NCBI GenBank assembly: GCA_051942245.1
Contig: JAVECL010000260.1
Span: forward strand, 1-32,410
Origin: Trypethelium eluteriae
Lineage: Eukaryota
Reading direction: 5' to 3'
Length of the DNA stretch: 32,410 bases
The notes under the pieces are model-generated. The model made no database searches, was not told the DNA's origin, and saw only the letters and a program-made list of their open reading frames with translations. Both the position numbers and the translations under genes were made by a program. Below, in pieces: positions 1 through 9,523 of this stretch; positions within the stretch are counted from its first letter, which is position 1, and each line of letters starts with the position of its first letter.

Positions 1-2
1 GG

Positions 3-176
3 CAAGTTGTGGGAAGGAAAGGAGGTGAGAGAGTGGAGCTGTTGCTTGCAGGCGGAGGTGGGAGCAGAGGGAGAGAAGTGCGGGTGGGAGAAATAATTGA
101 GGTACGACCGCCGACGTGGGAGGTGGTTCTGGATGGGAGGGCATGGCAGGTGGTGGCGGATTGGCGGGTGCGCTGA
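3..176 (+). CDS. 3' end of a hypothetical protein truncated by the window start (…QVVGRKGGERVELLLAGGGGSRGREVRVGEIIEVRPPTWEVVLDGRAWQVVADWRVR*)
   Basis: Frame 3 is open from the window edge to TGA at 174-176. The translation has protein-like beta-strand character with three Trp, and G-rich codon usage like the 3' ends of other genes here. It is convergent with the next gene and below the ORF-track length cutoff. Confidence 0.65.
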   Translation, partial: QVVGRKGGERVELLLAGGGGSRGREVRVGEIIEVRPPTWEVVLDGRAWQVVADWRVR

Positions 177-598
177 TAGCATACGATCATCATCTCAAGC
201 CGCACATGGCACGTACGCGGTGAGAATGATGCAAGAGGATCAAATAGAGAAATCCGAGCTATAGAAGCTTGTAGCTAGAATACAAAGAATTGCATAGAAA
301 GGGCTTGATCCGCTACAGGCTAGTAGGCAGAAACCCAAAGCCAGTAGGCAATCGACTGGGAAAGTAAGGAAACTAAACCCGACCATTCTTGCAAACCTCG
401 CTCATCATAAAGTCGTGTCATGGAATGTTGATTAGGTTAGTTTTTGTGCTGGACATGCTCAGGCCGTGGCTTTATGGGGGGTTTGGTCATTAAAGACAAG
501 GCGAAATGAAAATATGAGAATATGCGAGCGGAGGGACGCCGAGTATGTGTGACGCCGGCTTGTAAGGCCGTGATCCATATCCCTGGTCGTCGATGTAC

Positions 599-3500
599 CT
601 AGAAAGTCTCGCTCTCACCGCTAGCGGCGCCGAATGACTCTGTTGATCTCGTCAGCACTCGCATTTCACTTCTCAATCTCTCAAGTCGTGTGCCGCACGT
701 ACCCTGTGATTTATGCACCGGCTTCCTCCCTATCGCTTGTCCCTGCCCTGACGCGATCGCCCTCGATCCAGGGCTCCGACTCCCCATTGGCCTGGGTCCT
801 GTGATCTTCCTCTGTCCAGGCTGTGCAGCTTGCAAGCCCCTTGCCCCAAGTCCAGGACTCGCACTCGGATCTGGACTGAGCTGACGGTGTAAATCCGGGG
901 TGTCAACACCAATCTCGACCATCGGGTAGCGATTAGCGGAAGACGTGAGTGGATCGTACCCGCCCCCGCCTCTCAGGCCGCCACCCTCACTCTCGAGACT
1001 GTAGCGCACTTCCTCGATGGGCTCAAGGAGGGTGCCGCTGCCCAGCGGGCTGGAATAGTTGTTGTACGGTTTGTTATTGTATCCGCTGTTGTCTTGGACC
1101 GAGATCTTGGGCGGGCGCTGTGATGCAGTGTAGGAAGTTTGGGTTTGATGAGGTGATTGTTGGGGCACAAGAGGGCCTTCGTCACGAGTTCGAGAGGTGC
1201 GAACGGGGGCGTTATAGCTGCCATTAGACGAGCCGCCATCGCTTTGAACCGGGCTCATGTTGCCCATTCCGCCGCTGAGTCGGTTGCGAGCAAGGCTGAG
1301 GGAGGGGTTAGAGCCGAGGAGGTCAGCATCGGGACTCCGCGGGTTGCCGAAGGCAAATGCTTGGCTTTCGAGATTTGTCTTGTGACGGCTTGTCGGCCCT
1401 GGTCGTGGTTGCGGGTGCTGAAGATTAAGCGAGTTGCGGTGAGCCTGGTATTTCGGATCGTCGACATAGAGTTCATCCTCCGGAATTGGATCTTCTCCAG
1501 GGACCAGAGGAGATTGAGTACGCTGATATTCCTGTTGATAGTGTTCCTCTGCAGCAGGATCGTTTAGAGAGTTCTGTGAACGCAGTCGATCGTCGGGATG
1601 CACGTCATATTCGTCATCATATGGGCCGAGTACGTCCACTTGGGATCCTGACCGGGAAGCTTCAGACTCAGGTCGCTCCTTGTCTCGGCTGTCGCGGCGG
1701 TAGTTGTCTGGAGCGGATGATGCTGTGGTCTTTGACCAGCGGGAGATTCTGGGGATACCAATAAGCGAAGACGTATTTGACTGGTGCTTGCTAGATTTTC
1801 TCTCCGTTCTTGGAGTATTCTCATTACTCTGCGCGCCTTGAAACTGTGGAATCTGTCGAGTTGGACTATCATAGGCCAAGTTGTTACTAGGTCGTGCCTC
1901 TTGCGTGGGAGTTAAGAGTCGCTCGGTATTTATATATCCATCGTCGAGCATAGTGTCATCCTGCTCGTCTAGGTCCTCATCGCCTTCCATGACGGTACTT
2001 ATGCGGTGTTCGGACCCTCGACGGCCGTCGTAGCCCGAGTGCATGGTTCGCTCGCGGGAAGGGTTGTTGGAGAGATAGCCTGAGTTTGTCGCAGTGGAGC
2101 CTGTGCCAGCTTGACCGTCAGGTTCATAGCCAGGGTCTGGAGCAGCACGAAGGTTCTCATAAGAATTCAAACTGGGATCACGCGCTGATGGTTGCGCCAC
2201 GGTATTTGGATTGGCTTTGAGTTCTTCCACCTCGGTGAGCAACTGAGTGAGCATACCCTCCATTCGAGATATATCGTTGGAGCTTTTTGAACCCAATCCC
2301 TTCAAAGCTCGCCTAAAAATATTCTTCCTCTTTGCTTGTACATCTTCAGAATCGTCGGTCGCACGGCGGATGATTCGAGGAGAACCCTCAGGCTGAGGAC
2401 GAGGACCACCAAGCACCTTCTGGACAGTGATGTCCGCGTCTTTGTCTGTATTGGCCATGATCATGCGGTCCTGCTCTGCAATAAATTTCTTCATTTCTTC
2501 AAAGGAGTTTCGCATCTCAGCGGCACTTCGAACAAGCGTGACTAGGATCTCCGTGTCTCTAGCGTTGCGTTGTGCATCACGAACCGTGAGGTGGTCCATA
2601 AGCGCCACAACATCTTTCGATTTAATGCTATCCATACCTTTGCCTGTTGCAGCATCATAGAGCGGCGACGCCATACCATGTGAATTGCCACTCAAATGGC
2701 GGACATGTCTTGGAGCTGTGAAGGGGTCTTCCATACCCATGCCGTCGTCTAGACTTCGGAAGCCATCATCATCCAGCAGTTTCGAGCCTTTGTGGTATGG
2801 CTCGGGTGTGTAAGCTCTTGGAGAACGTGCGGAGATGTAGCCTTCGTCTCTGTTCTGCTCAGGACTGGGTGAGATGTAGTCTTGAGTGACATAGGGATCT
2901 TCACCCATATTTTCATGCATTTCCTCGCTCTGATCGTCTTCCACAAACGGCTGCTGTTCAAACCTTCGTTGGTCTTGTTCGTAGTTTCCCTTGCTCATTT
3001 GATGGTCAACGAGTGCTGCTCCGACGCCTGCGCCGGCAACGGCAGCTGCTGCTGCGGGCAAGAGAGACGCCTTACCTCGCTGCATCGAGATCTGTTGAGC
3101 ATCGTGGTGTCCTACAGGCGTAGAATTCTGAGCAGGTGAGTGCGAATCGTCATACCCCCAGGTGTCTCTTGCACGAGGAGTGCCACCTATTGGGCCCTGG
3201 ATGATGGAAGGATTGGTGTTGATCTCAGATCCGTCTTCAATTCCGTGACCAATTTCTGGCATAGGGTCGTTGGCATCCGGTATACCGGTCGCACTCATTC
3301 GGATCCTTTGAGATTCAGTTGACGGTTGCCGCCATTCCCCCGAGTCAGTCGACTTGCCAGAGATCGTTCTGGCATGATCACGGAGTGCAGCCCACCGGTC
3401 TTTACTCGGACTATAACGATCCTCTCCTGTCGGCGTGGCTTGATCATCAACAAAGTCACGTTCTTGTTGCTGTCGTGCGAGCTCTTGATTCGAGTGTCCA

Positions 3501-6103
3501 TCGCGCTTGAGTAGGGGTCCTGATTGAGAAGATCGGACGCTGATAGATGATGGTTCATGGAGTGAAGCGACGGCGGATTCGACCGCGAGAGGAGTTCGAA
3601 CGTAATCGGGATTTGCTCCAATTTCACGTACATCCTGCTCAGCAGTGACCTTATCAGCATCTGGGGCGTCAAGGCTTTCATCAGTGTACGTCGACAAATG
3701 TTTATAGTCCACGACAGACGAGTCTCTCTGACTCGGACTATCCAAAGATCGACGTATCCGCTCGTTTTCTTCATGCTGACGCTCATACCAATCGTCGTAA
3801 TTCTCTTGCCCTGGAGTCTGGACACCGGCGTCCATCTCCCCAGATCCGTTACCCAAGACTTCAGATCCAGTCTCAAGATTGATACCTCTCGGTCGTTTTC
3901 GCGAACGCGCTTGCTTTGTACTCGGAGAAGACGCGGCAGAATGTAAGGAAAGGTTTGATACGCTTCGGTGAGCAGCACTCCCCGAGTCCCTTAGATCGAG
4001 TCGTTCTGTTCCACCTTTATCGTAGCTCACTTCGCTTTGCACAGGACTTACGGCCCGTTCGGAGTGTTGAGAGGCATAGTCATGTGCGGAAATGGGTTCT
4101 GGTTCACCGCTGAACTGGTCGTATACGTGCTTCGTCGCAAGAGTGCCACCTAGACCTGCTGCTGCCAATCCGGCAGCCTTGGCCTTGCCAGAAATGCTGC
4201 GAGAGGGAACTGTTTCCCGAGTAGCGATCTCTTCGCGGGATGCATTGCTGTGTTGAGTGCCGAGGTTCTGCTGCAATGTGTTCGGCGTTCTCGTAGGTGT
4301 TCTCGAGGTTGGAGACACAGCTTCTTGGATTGAACCTCTTGAGACTTCTCGGATTGGTGGTTCAATTCCTATCGAGTCCATTGAGTCCGGTCTTTGCGTC
4401 TCAGCGGATAGAATGGAATCCCTAGTTAGCTCCGAGTCTTCCATTTCACTTCTCATCGGCATTGGCGGTACGCGATCCTTGCGCGGCGATTCTTCCAGGC
4501 TCTCAGCAACGCTATGAGAGCGGGACCGAGTGCTGCTCTTGCTACGTCTCTTCTTTTTCTTACCCGAAGAGTCCATACTGGTTCGTGAATCGTGATGTCG
4601 CAAAGCAGCAGCTGTAAGGATGCCGCCAGCGAGGCCTGCAGCAGCCGCATCACGAACCCTGTGTGAATCTTTGCTCTTCTTTCTGTGCACTTTTTCATCG
4701 CGGATTACTGTGTCTTGAGTGTCCCTTGAGTTGAGGCTCCTCTCCGAAGTGGATTCGCGACTAGAGCGGCGCACTTTCCTGCTCTTGACGGAATCACCGT
4801 GAGCAAGTGTCACCCCGGAATCATCTTCGTCACGATTAAGCACAACTTTCGGCTTTTTGATAACATTGGGGGCGCTCGACGACTTTGATAGGCGTCGCTG
4901 AGGGTCGTCGCGAGAAACACCCGTACTCGCGGAAGCGTACGAGTCCCGATTGGCTGAGGCGTATGAGTCCCGATGTTCACGGTCGGACCTTCGTTGACTG
5001 TGATCTGTCTTTCGCTCCTCTTTCAGCGCATTGAGTTCTGGGAGGATCAGCCTTCGTATTGCATCTTCGACGGTATGAAGCAATTTCGGGTTCGTTATAG
5101 AGGAGCCCGAGGTGCCGGATCTGAAGGACTGTTGACTTCCCGAGACTGCACTTCCTGAAACTGCACTTCCTGATACATTACTGGCTGAGAGGTGGCTCGA
5201 TTCAGCACCGCTGATTGGATCGTCTTCACGGGAATGTCGGCTCGATCTGTGACGAGAATAGTCCTTGCTACTCGTTCGATCGCTCCGATGTTTGTGTCTG
5301 CTAGATTCTTTGGGTCGCTCTGCGAGCTCTTGCATAACCCTCTTCTTGATTCGTTCACGACTCAAGCTGCGGCTTCGTCTCCTGGCAGGTGCCTTCAAAG
5401 TTCCGTCATCACTTTGCTCAACCGTACGCTCGACGCTTCTACTTCGTCGTCGTTGCACACCAGCAGGTTGAGCACCACCTTCGAGCATGCTATCTGGGGG
5501 CATGGATGAGATGTCCGAAGCTGCTAGGACGCCATGTGAACCGCGCGCCACATTTGAGGCAGACAGCTCACTACCGTTGTTGTGTAGGACTTCCACTTCG
5601 ACAGGAGGACGACCAGAGACGTTAGACTCGTCGGAATACGAAACTTCAGTGCCTTCTGGAACTCCTAGCTGAAGCTTTTCATTCTTTCCTCCCAAAGATA
5701 TTCGCCGCGTATAAGACGGTTTCCTGTTCTTTCCAGTTTCGGTGATCTGGATGTGGTCGCTTCCAGATGAAGCCTTTCGTGCAGAGGATGGGGTGACTTT
5801 GACGCGAACGCTGGGCCGGGTCTTGAGCTTGTCGCCCTCTTTTCCACCCTCGAAATACTCAATGAGAAGCGAGGTTTGCGATTGGTGTCTTCCCTTCTTG
5901 AGACTCAGATTGTCGTTGGCAATTTTTTTGGTAGAGATGGTGATGGGGCTGCCGTCCTCCGGGATGGAGAAGGAAGTCTTGTCCGTCATTCGCGACACAT
6001 CGGTGGCGAGGTCATCCGGCACGAAGCCTGATTTTTCGGTGGAGCTCAGGCCGGACTCATCAGTCGGAGCTGGGAGAGGAGGTTTGGTGGTATCGACGCC
6101 CAT
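599..6103 (-). CDS. Large (~1800 aa) Ser/Arg/Asp-rich, mostly disordered protein with a central helical/coiled-coil block; function unknown
   Basis: 1834-codon ORF. Structured-looking blocks include SLLIEYFEGGK..RPSVRVKVTPS, LLHTVEDAIRRLILPEL and SHGMASPLYDAATGKG..MDHLTVRDAQRNARDTEILVTLVRSAAEMRNSFEEMKKFI. There is a likely in-frame intron at 640-702 and a possible one at 876-959. Confidence 0.88.
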   Translation of the reverse strand: MGVDTTKPPLPAPTDESGLSSTEKSGFVPDDLATDVSRMTDKTSFSIPEDGSPITISTKKIANDNLSLKKGRHQSQTSLLIEYFEGGKEGDKLKTRPSVRVKVTPSSARKASSGSDHIQITETGKNRKPSYTRRISLGGKNEKLQLGVPEGTEVSYSDESNVSGRPPVEVEVLHNNGSELSASNVARGSHGVLAASDISSMPPDSMLEGGAQPAGVQRRRSRSVERTVEQSDDGTLKAPARRRSRSLSRERIKKRVMQELAERPKESSRHKHRSDRTSSKDYSRHRSSRHSREDDPISGAESSHLSASNVSGSAVSGSAVSGSQQSFRSGTSGSSITNPKLLHTVEDAIRRLILPELNALKEERKTDHSQRRSDREHRDSYASANRDSYASASTGVSRDDPQRRLSKSSSAPNVIKKPKVVLNRDEDDSGVTLAHGDSVKSRKVRRSSRESTSERSLNSRDTQDTVIRDEKVHRKKSKDSHRVRDAAAAGLAGGILTAAALRHHDSRTSMDSSGKKKKRRSKSSTRSRSHSVAESLEESPRKDRVPPMPMRSEMEDSELTRDSILSAETQRPDSMDSIGIEPPIREVSRGSIQEAVSPTSRTPTRTPNTLQQNLGTQHSNASREEIATRETVPSRSISGKAKAAGLAAAGLGGTLATKHVYDQFSGEPEPISAHDYASQHSERAVSPVQSEVSYDKGGTERLDLRDSGSAAHRSVSNLSLHSAASSPSTKQARSRKRPRGINLETGSEVLGNGSGEMDAGVQTPGQENYDDWYERQHEENERIRRSLDSPSQRDSSVVDYKHLSTYTDESLDAPDADKVTAEQDVREIGANPDYVRTPLAVESAVASLHEPSSISVRSSQSGPLLKRDGHSNQELARQQQERDFVDDQATPTGEDRYSPSKDRWAALRDHARTISGKSTDSGEWRQPSTESQRIRMSATGIPDANDPMPEIGHGIEDGSEINTNPSIIQGPIGGTPRARDTWGYDDSHSPAQNSTPVGHHDAQQISMQRGKASLLPAAAAAVAGAGVGAALVDHQMSKGNYEQDQRRFEQQPFVEDDQSEEMHENMGEDPYVTQDYISPSPEQNRDEGYISARSPRAYTPEPYHKGSKLLDDDGFRSLDDGMGMEDPFTAPRHVRHLSGNSHGMASPLYDAATGKGMDSIKSKDVVALMDHLTVRDAQRNARDTEILVTLVRSAAEMRNSFEEMKKFIAEQDRMIMANTDKDADITVQKVLGGPRPQPEGSPRIIRRATDDSEDVQAKRKNIFRRALKGLGSKSSNDISRMEGMLTQLLTEVEELKANPNTVAQPSARDPSLNSYENLRAAPDPGYEPDGQAGTGSTATNSGYLSNNPSRERTMHSGYDGRRGSEHRISTVMEGDEDLDEQDDTMLDDGYINTERLLTPTQEARPSNNLAYDSPTRQIPQFQGAQSNENTPRTERKSSKHQSNTSSLIGIPRISRWSKTTASSAPDNYRRDSRDKERPESEASRSGSQVDVLGPYDDEYDVHPDDRLRSQNSLNDPAAEEHYQQEYQRTQSPLVPGEDPIPEDELYVDDPKYQAHRNSLNLQHPQPRPGPTSRHKTNLESQAFAFGNPRSPDADLLGSNPSLSLARNRLSGGMGNMSPVQSDGGSSNGSYNAPVRTSRTRDEGPLVPQQSPHQTQTSYTASQRPPKISVQDNSGYNNKPYNNYSSPLGSGTLLEPIEEVRYSLESEGGGLRGGGGYDPLTSSANRYPMVEIGVDTPDLHRQLSPDPSASPGLGARGLQAAQPGQRKITGPRPMGSRSPGSRAIASGQGQAIGRKPVHKSQGTCGTRLERLRSEMRVLTRSTESFGAASGESETF
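640..702 (-). other. 63-bp stop-free in-frame intron near the 3' end of the large gene
   Basis: The minus strand reads GTACGT…GCTGAC-gagatcaa-CAG. Splicing gives …HKSQ-E-SFGAASGESETF*. Confidence 0.8.
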
Positions 6104-6119
6104 ACTGAAAGGCCCGATT

Positions 6120-6264
6120 TCAACGAGCTGCGGGCATGGAGGGCGGCATCGGAGGAGCAGAGACTAGAGGAGGGGCCTACCAGAGATAGCTGTGTCAGTA
6201 CTCCGTACCAAGGACTCAGGCCCTCGAGCACGAGGTGAAGCAGCAGTGCGAGAGACCTCTGTAC
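6120..6264 (-). promoter_or_regulatory. Putative 5'-UTR intron (6177-6264) followed by a short uORF MPPSMPAAR* (6149-6120) upstream of the large gene
   Basis: The minus strand reads cag|GTACAG…ACTGAC-acagctatctctgg-TAG. ATGs at 6149 and 6137 share a frame with TGA at 6122-6120, 16 nt before the main ATG at 6103. Confidence 0.4.
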
Positions 6265-7469
6265 CTGCAGTCAGTGAAGGGAATGTTCGCACATGCGACG
6301 GGCGTGCCACGCTTGCTTGGTTGTCTCGGCGCCGCAAGCTGAACCTTGAACTTTGTTGTGACGAAAGTGATTGGGCGTTTGCCGAAGCGGGTCGCCTCGG
6401 GCGGGCGGTGGCAGGTGCGCTCTACTAATCCGGTCTCAGTGGACGGCGAGGCTGGTCAATAGGTGACAATGGAGGATTTCAAGACGGAGGGGGCTGAGGA
6501 GGGAGCGGTTGTTGTCAATTGGGGTTTGGTAGTTTGATGGTTTGGTGGGTCGGCGGAGAAGTCGAGTCGTTAGCTAGACGGGACGGTCACTATCTGGGCT
6601 CAACGACGACATGGAACCAAGGCACAGTGGCACCAATGCACGCCTGCAGTCCGCTTCAACCTTTTCTGCCCTCTGCTACAACCAACACGGAATCCTGTCA
6701 GGGCTGCCACCGAAGCACTTTGCCCGTCTTTCTCCGTCGATTGGTTACGAAGCAAACCCAGGAGGCTGGGGCTACCTTCCCGCTGTGTGCGGTGGCTGGT
6801 GGACAAGGTCTTTCGATTTGTCCGCTACCTAGCATCTGCCCACTTTGCTGTCACACACTGGACCTCACTTTTCCGGCTGACCTTTTTCAGCTTCATGTGG
6901 GAGTGGTCGTTTTCGAAGGGAGTGGCAATGCTCGAGGTTGCACGTTGCAGTGCCGAATTGACTTGCATCGCGGACCAGGCCACTGCAGGCCCATGCCTCT
7001 GTATGCACGCCCCGGCATGCAGGAGATGGCCAAGTCATTCCGCAACCCTAGCCTAGCTTTGTCTGCTCTTCGATACTACTTGGATGCTAAGGTACTCCGT
7101 AGGGGCAGCACAACAGTCGGATTTTCTCTCGTTGCCTATCTAAGCACACGAATCTACCAATAGATCATGAGATTATCTTTGTCCTTCGGCGATCGCTCCC
7201 AGACATATGTCGGATCTACCAGATTCAGTCTCAAATCACTAACTGCCATAGGTCGTGAGGTGCTGATGTAATACATGCTGGTGCATACTGGTGCATACAC
7301 ATCCAGGCACCAAGGTGATGACTTGTTGGTAGGTCGAGATTAGTACTAGGCTATCAAGCGTCCCACCAGTAATATTGAGACTGTTCGTGCCGTGCTCAAG
7401 TAACTTCGGCTTCACCTCACTTTGATGCCTTCATTGACATGCACAGGTATTTATTTCGTTACTGATACC

Positions 7470-9135
7470 ATGACTCTTGTGAAAGGCCACCTTAGCAAAA
7501 GGGGAGCTGAACTTGCTCAGGGCGAAAATTATCGAGAAAAATTTAAAGCAATCTTGGATGATCCATATGACTCAGTCAAGAATCCAGACGGATTCATCAA
7601 CTTTGGTACCGCTGAAAATGTAAATATGTCTTTCTGAACAGGACCAGCATACCTTTGGGATAACCGATGTTGCCTCTCGCTATGGCCAACACCTTATACC
7701 TGCCCGCTATCTCCGCCAAACTAGAAGCAATTACCTATCCATGAATGATACAGAATCCCCATCTCCCGCGATACTAACAAAGTGCTATAGTATGTGATGA
7801 GGAATGAAGCTAGAGATTTTTCAAACAAGCAAGTAAGAGAAGAAACTAAAGATATCTCTTCGCATAGCTCTTATTCTTTGGCTCTAGCTTGAACTATCTT
7901 CAAAGGACTTTAGTTATGGCGAGGGTCCTTGGGGAACTGAAAGATTACGGCAGGCAACGGCCAAGCACTTCAACACGTATGCAAGCCTTCAACTTTCAGA
8001 AGCGATCCCTCGGCACTATCTTCCAGAATTGACTCTAAAAGGTTCTTCAAACCAAGCACGGCGGTTCTTCCAGAGGATTTCATCATCGCAAATGGTGTTG
8101 TTTCTCTCTGTGAGATGCTGGGATGGGCCATCGGTGACCCAGGAAACTGCATTATCCTTACCAGACCAAACTATCAAGCTTTCCCTCCTGATTTCAGGAC
8201 CAAAGCCAAGTATGTCAGGCTCCATAGATGGTCTTCAGCGTCGTGAAAGCTGCTCATAATACGCCATCAGAATACGATCACAATTTGTCGAATTCGGCAC
8301 CACGGATCAGTTCTCCTTAGCCTGCATACCGCACTATGAACACACAATTCAGCAGGCTCTAAAGTCTGGCATGACGCCTCGCGCTATTGTCCTTTGCAAT
8401 CCGCACAATCCCTTGGGCAAATGCTATCCTCCTGCTACGGTCAAAGCCCTGATGTCTCTATGCAAAAGACATAATCTCCACCTGATCAGTGATGAAGTCT
8501 ATGCACTTTCGGTTTACGATACTTCTAAGGAGCATTCTGTGCCATTCACAAGCGTGTTGAGCTTCAAGGAAGATGAGCACATGGATAGAGAAATGGTGCA
8601 TGTACTGTACAGTATGAGCAAAGATTTTGCGGCCGCCGGAATCCGAATTGCAATGATGCATACCCGGAACCAGCAACTTCTACGGGCCATGCTCTCCATG
8701 AACCAATTCCATTGGTCCGGAGCGGTACTTGAGAAGCTTGCAGCTGAGATTCTCGAGCATGAGGAGTGGATCACCAGCTTTGTTGCGTTGTCCAAGAAAA
8801 GGCTATTGCAGGGAAGCGCTCTCATTAGACGAATTCTGGACGAGCGTGCGGTGCCGTACTTGGAAGATGCAAATGCAGGATTCTTCATTTGGGCCGATTT
8901 TGGGAAGTTTTTAGGAGACGATGGGAATGATGTGGAGGATGGATGGAGGCGGGAAGGAGAGTTATTGAAGGCAGCAATGGAAAGAAAGGTCTACATTACG
9001 CCTGGATCAATCGTGGCGGCAGAGAGGCCAGGTTTTTTCAGAATTGTCTTTAGCCAGGAGCCATCAGTGACTGAGGAGGGAATGGAGAGGGTATTCGAGG
9101 CTGTCGAGAGCTTGCAGCGTGTCTGGCGGACGTGA
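7470..9135 (+). CDS. PLP-dependent class I/II aminotransferase, ACC-synthase-like, ~437 aa; exons 7470-7619, 7791-7832, 7888-7976, 8042-8209, 8271-9135
   Basis: Four GT-AG introns join into one continuous 1314-nt frame. Motifs: DPYDSVKNPDGFINFGTAEN (ACS-type N-terminus), LCNPHNPLG, HLISDEVYA, the PLP lysine in SMSKDFAAAGIRI, and PGFFRIVF. Confidence 0.9.
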
Positions 9136-9523
9136 GAGGTCTCCACTTAATGGTTGCCGCGATGACGCCAATAGTTTGAGCATCTGTGACCCAATATAAG
9201 GCTGGATTATAGCGTTGAGAAAACTTTACGTACTATAGGGTTTCTGCTCTACACGACGTGAGCCGCCGACGCCGACCAGATGAGGATGAGCGCCATGTCG
9301 CCCGAAAGCACGTGAGTGACGTGCATCCGTCATCAGCTTCTCGCTGCCACTCCAAACTTTTCCCTCGCCTCATCAATCCCAACACGCCCCAAGGCTGGTG
9401 GGGCCATACCCATTTCTTCTACATTCCACTCGAGTGGGAACTAACATTCTTTCTGCTATCCGACTCGACTTTGCATTGCTTTGCTTCAACATAACATTCG
9501 GCTGGTGGAAAACGCCAATCATC

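Noticed and set aside
4925..5180. Short coding duplications (RDSYASA x2; VSGSA x3) in the large gene
   Set aside because: These are ordinary slippage repeats in a disordered region.
6519..7163. 214-aa + strand ORF
   Set aside because: TTG start, Cys/Leu-rich random-looking translation and no recognisable motif. It lies in the divergent promoter region between two real genes.
7278..7297. 10-bp tandem duplication ctggtgcata x2 upstream of the aminotransferase
   Set aside because: It is too short to distinguish a transposon footprint or binding site from simple slippage.
7620..7790. Longer introns (also 22230-22395) as snoRNA hosts
   Set aside because: I found no convincing C/D or H/ACA box arrangement by eye.
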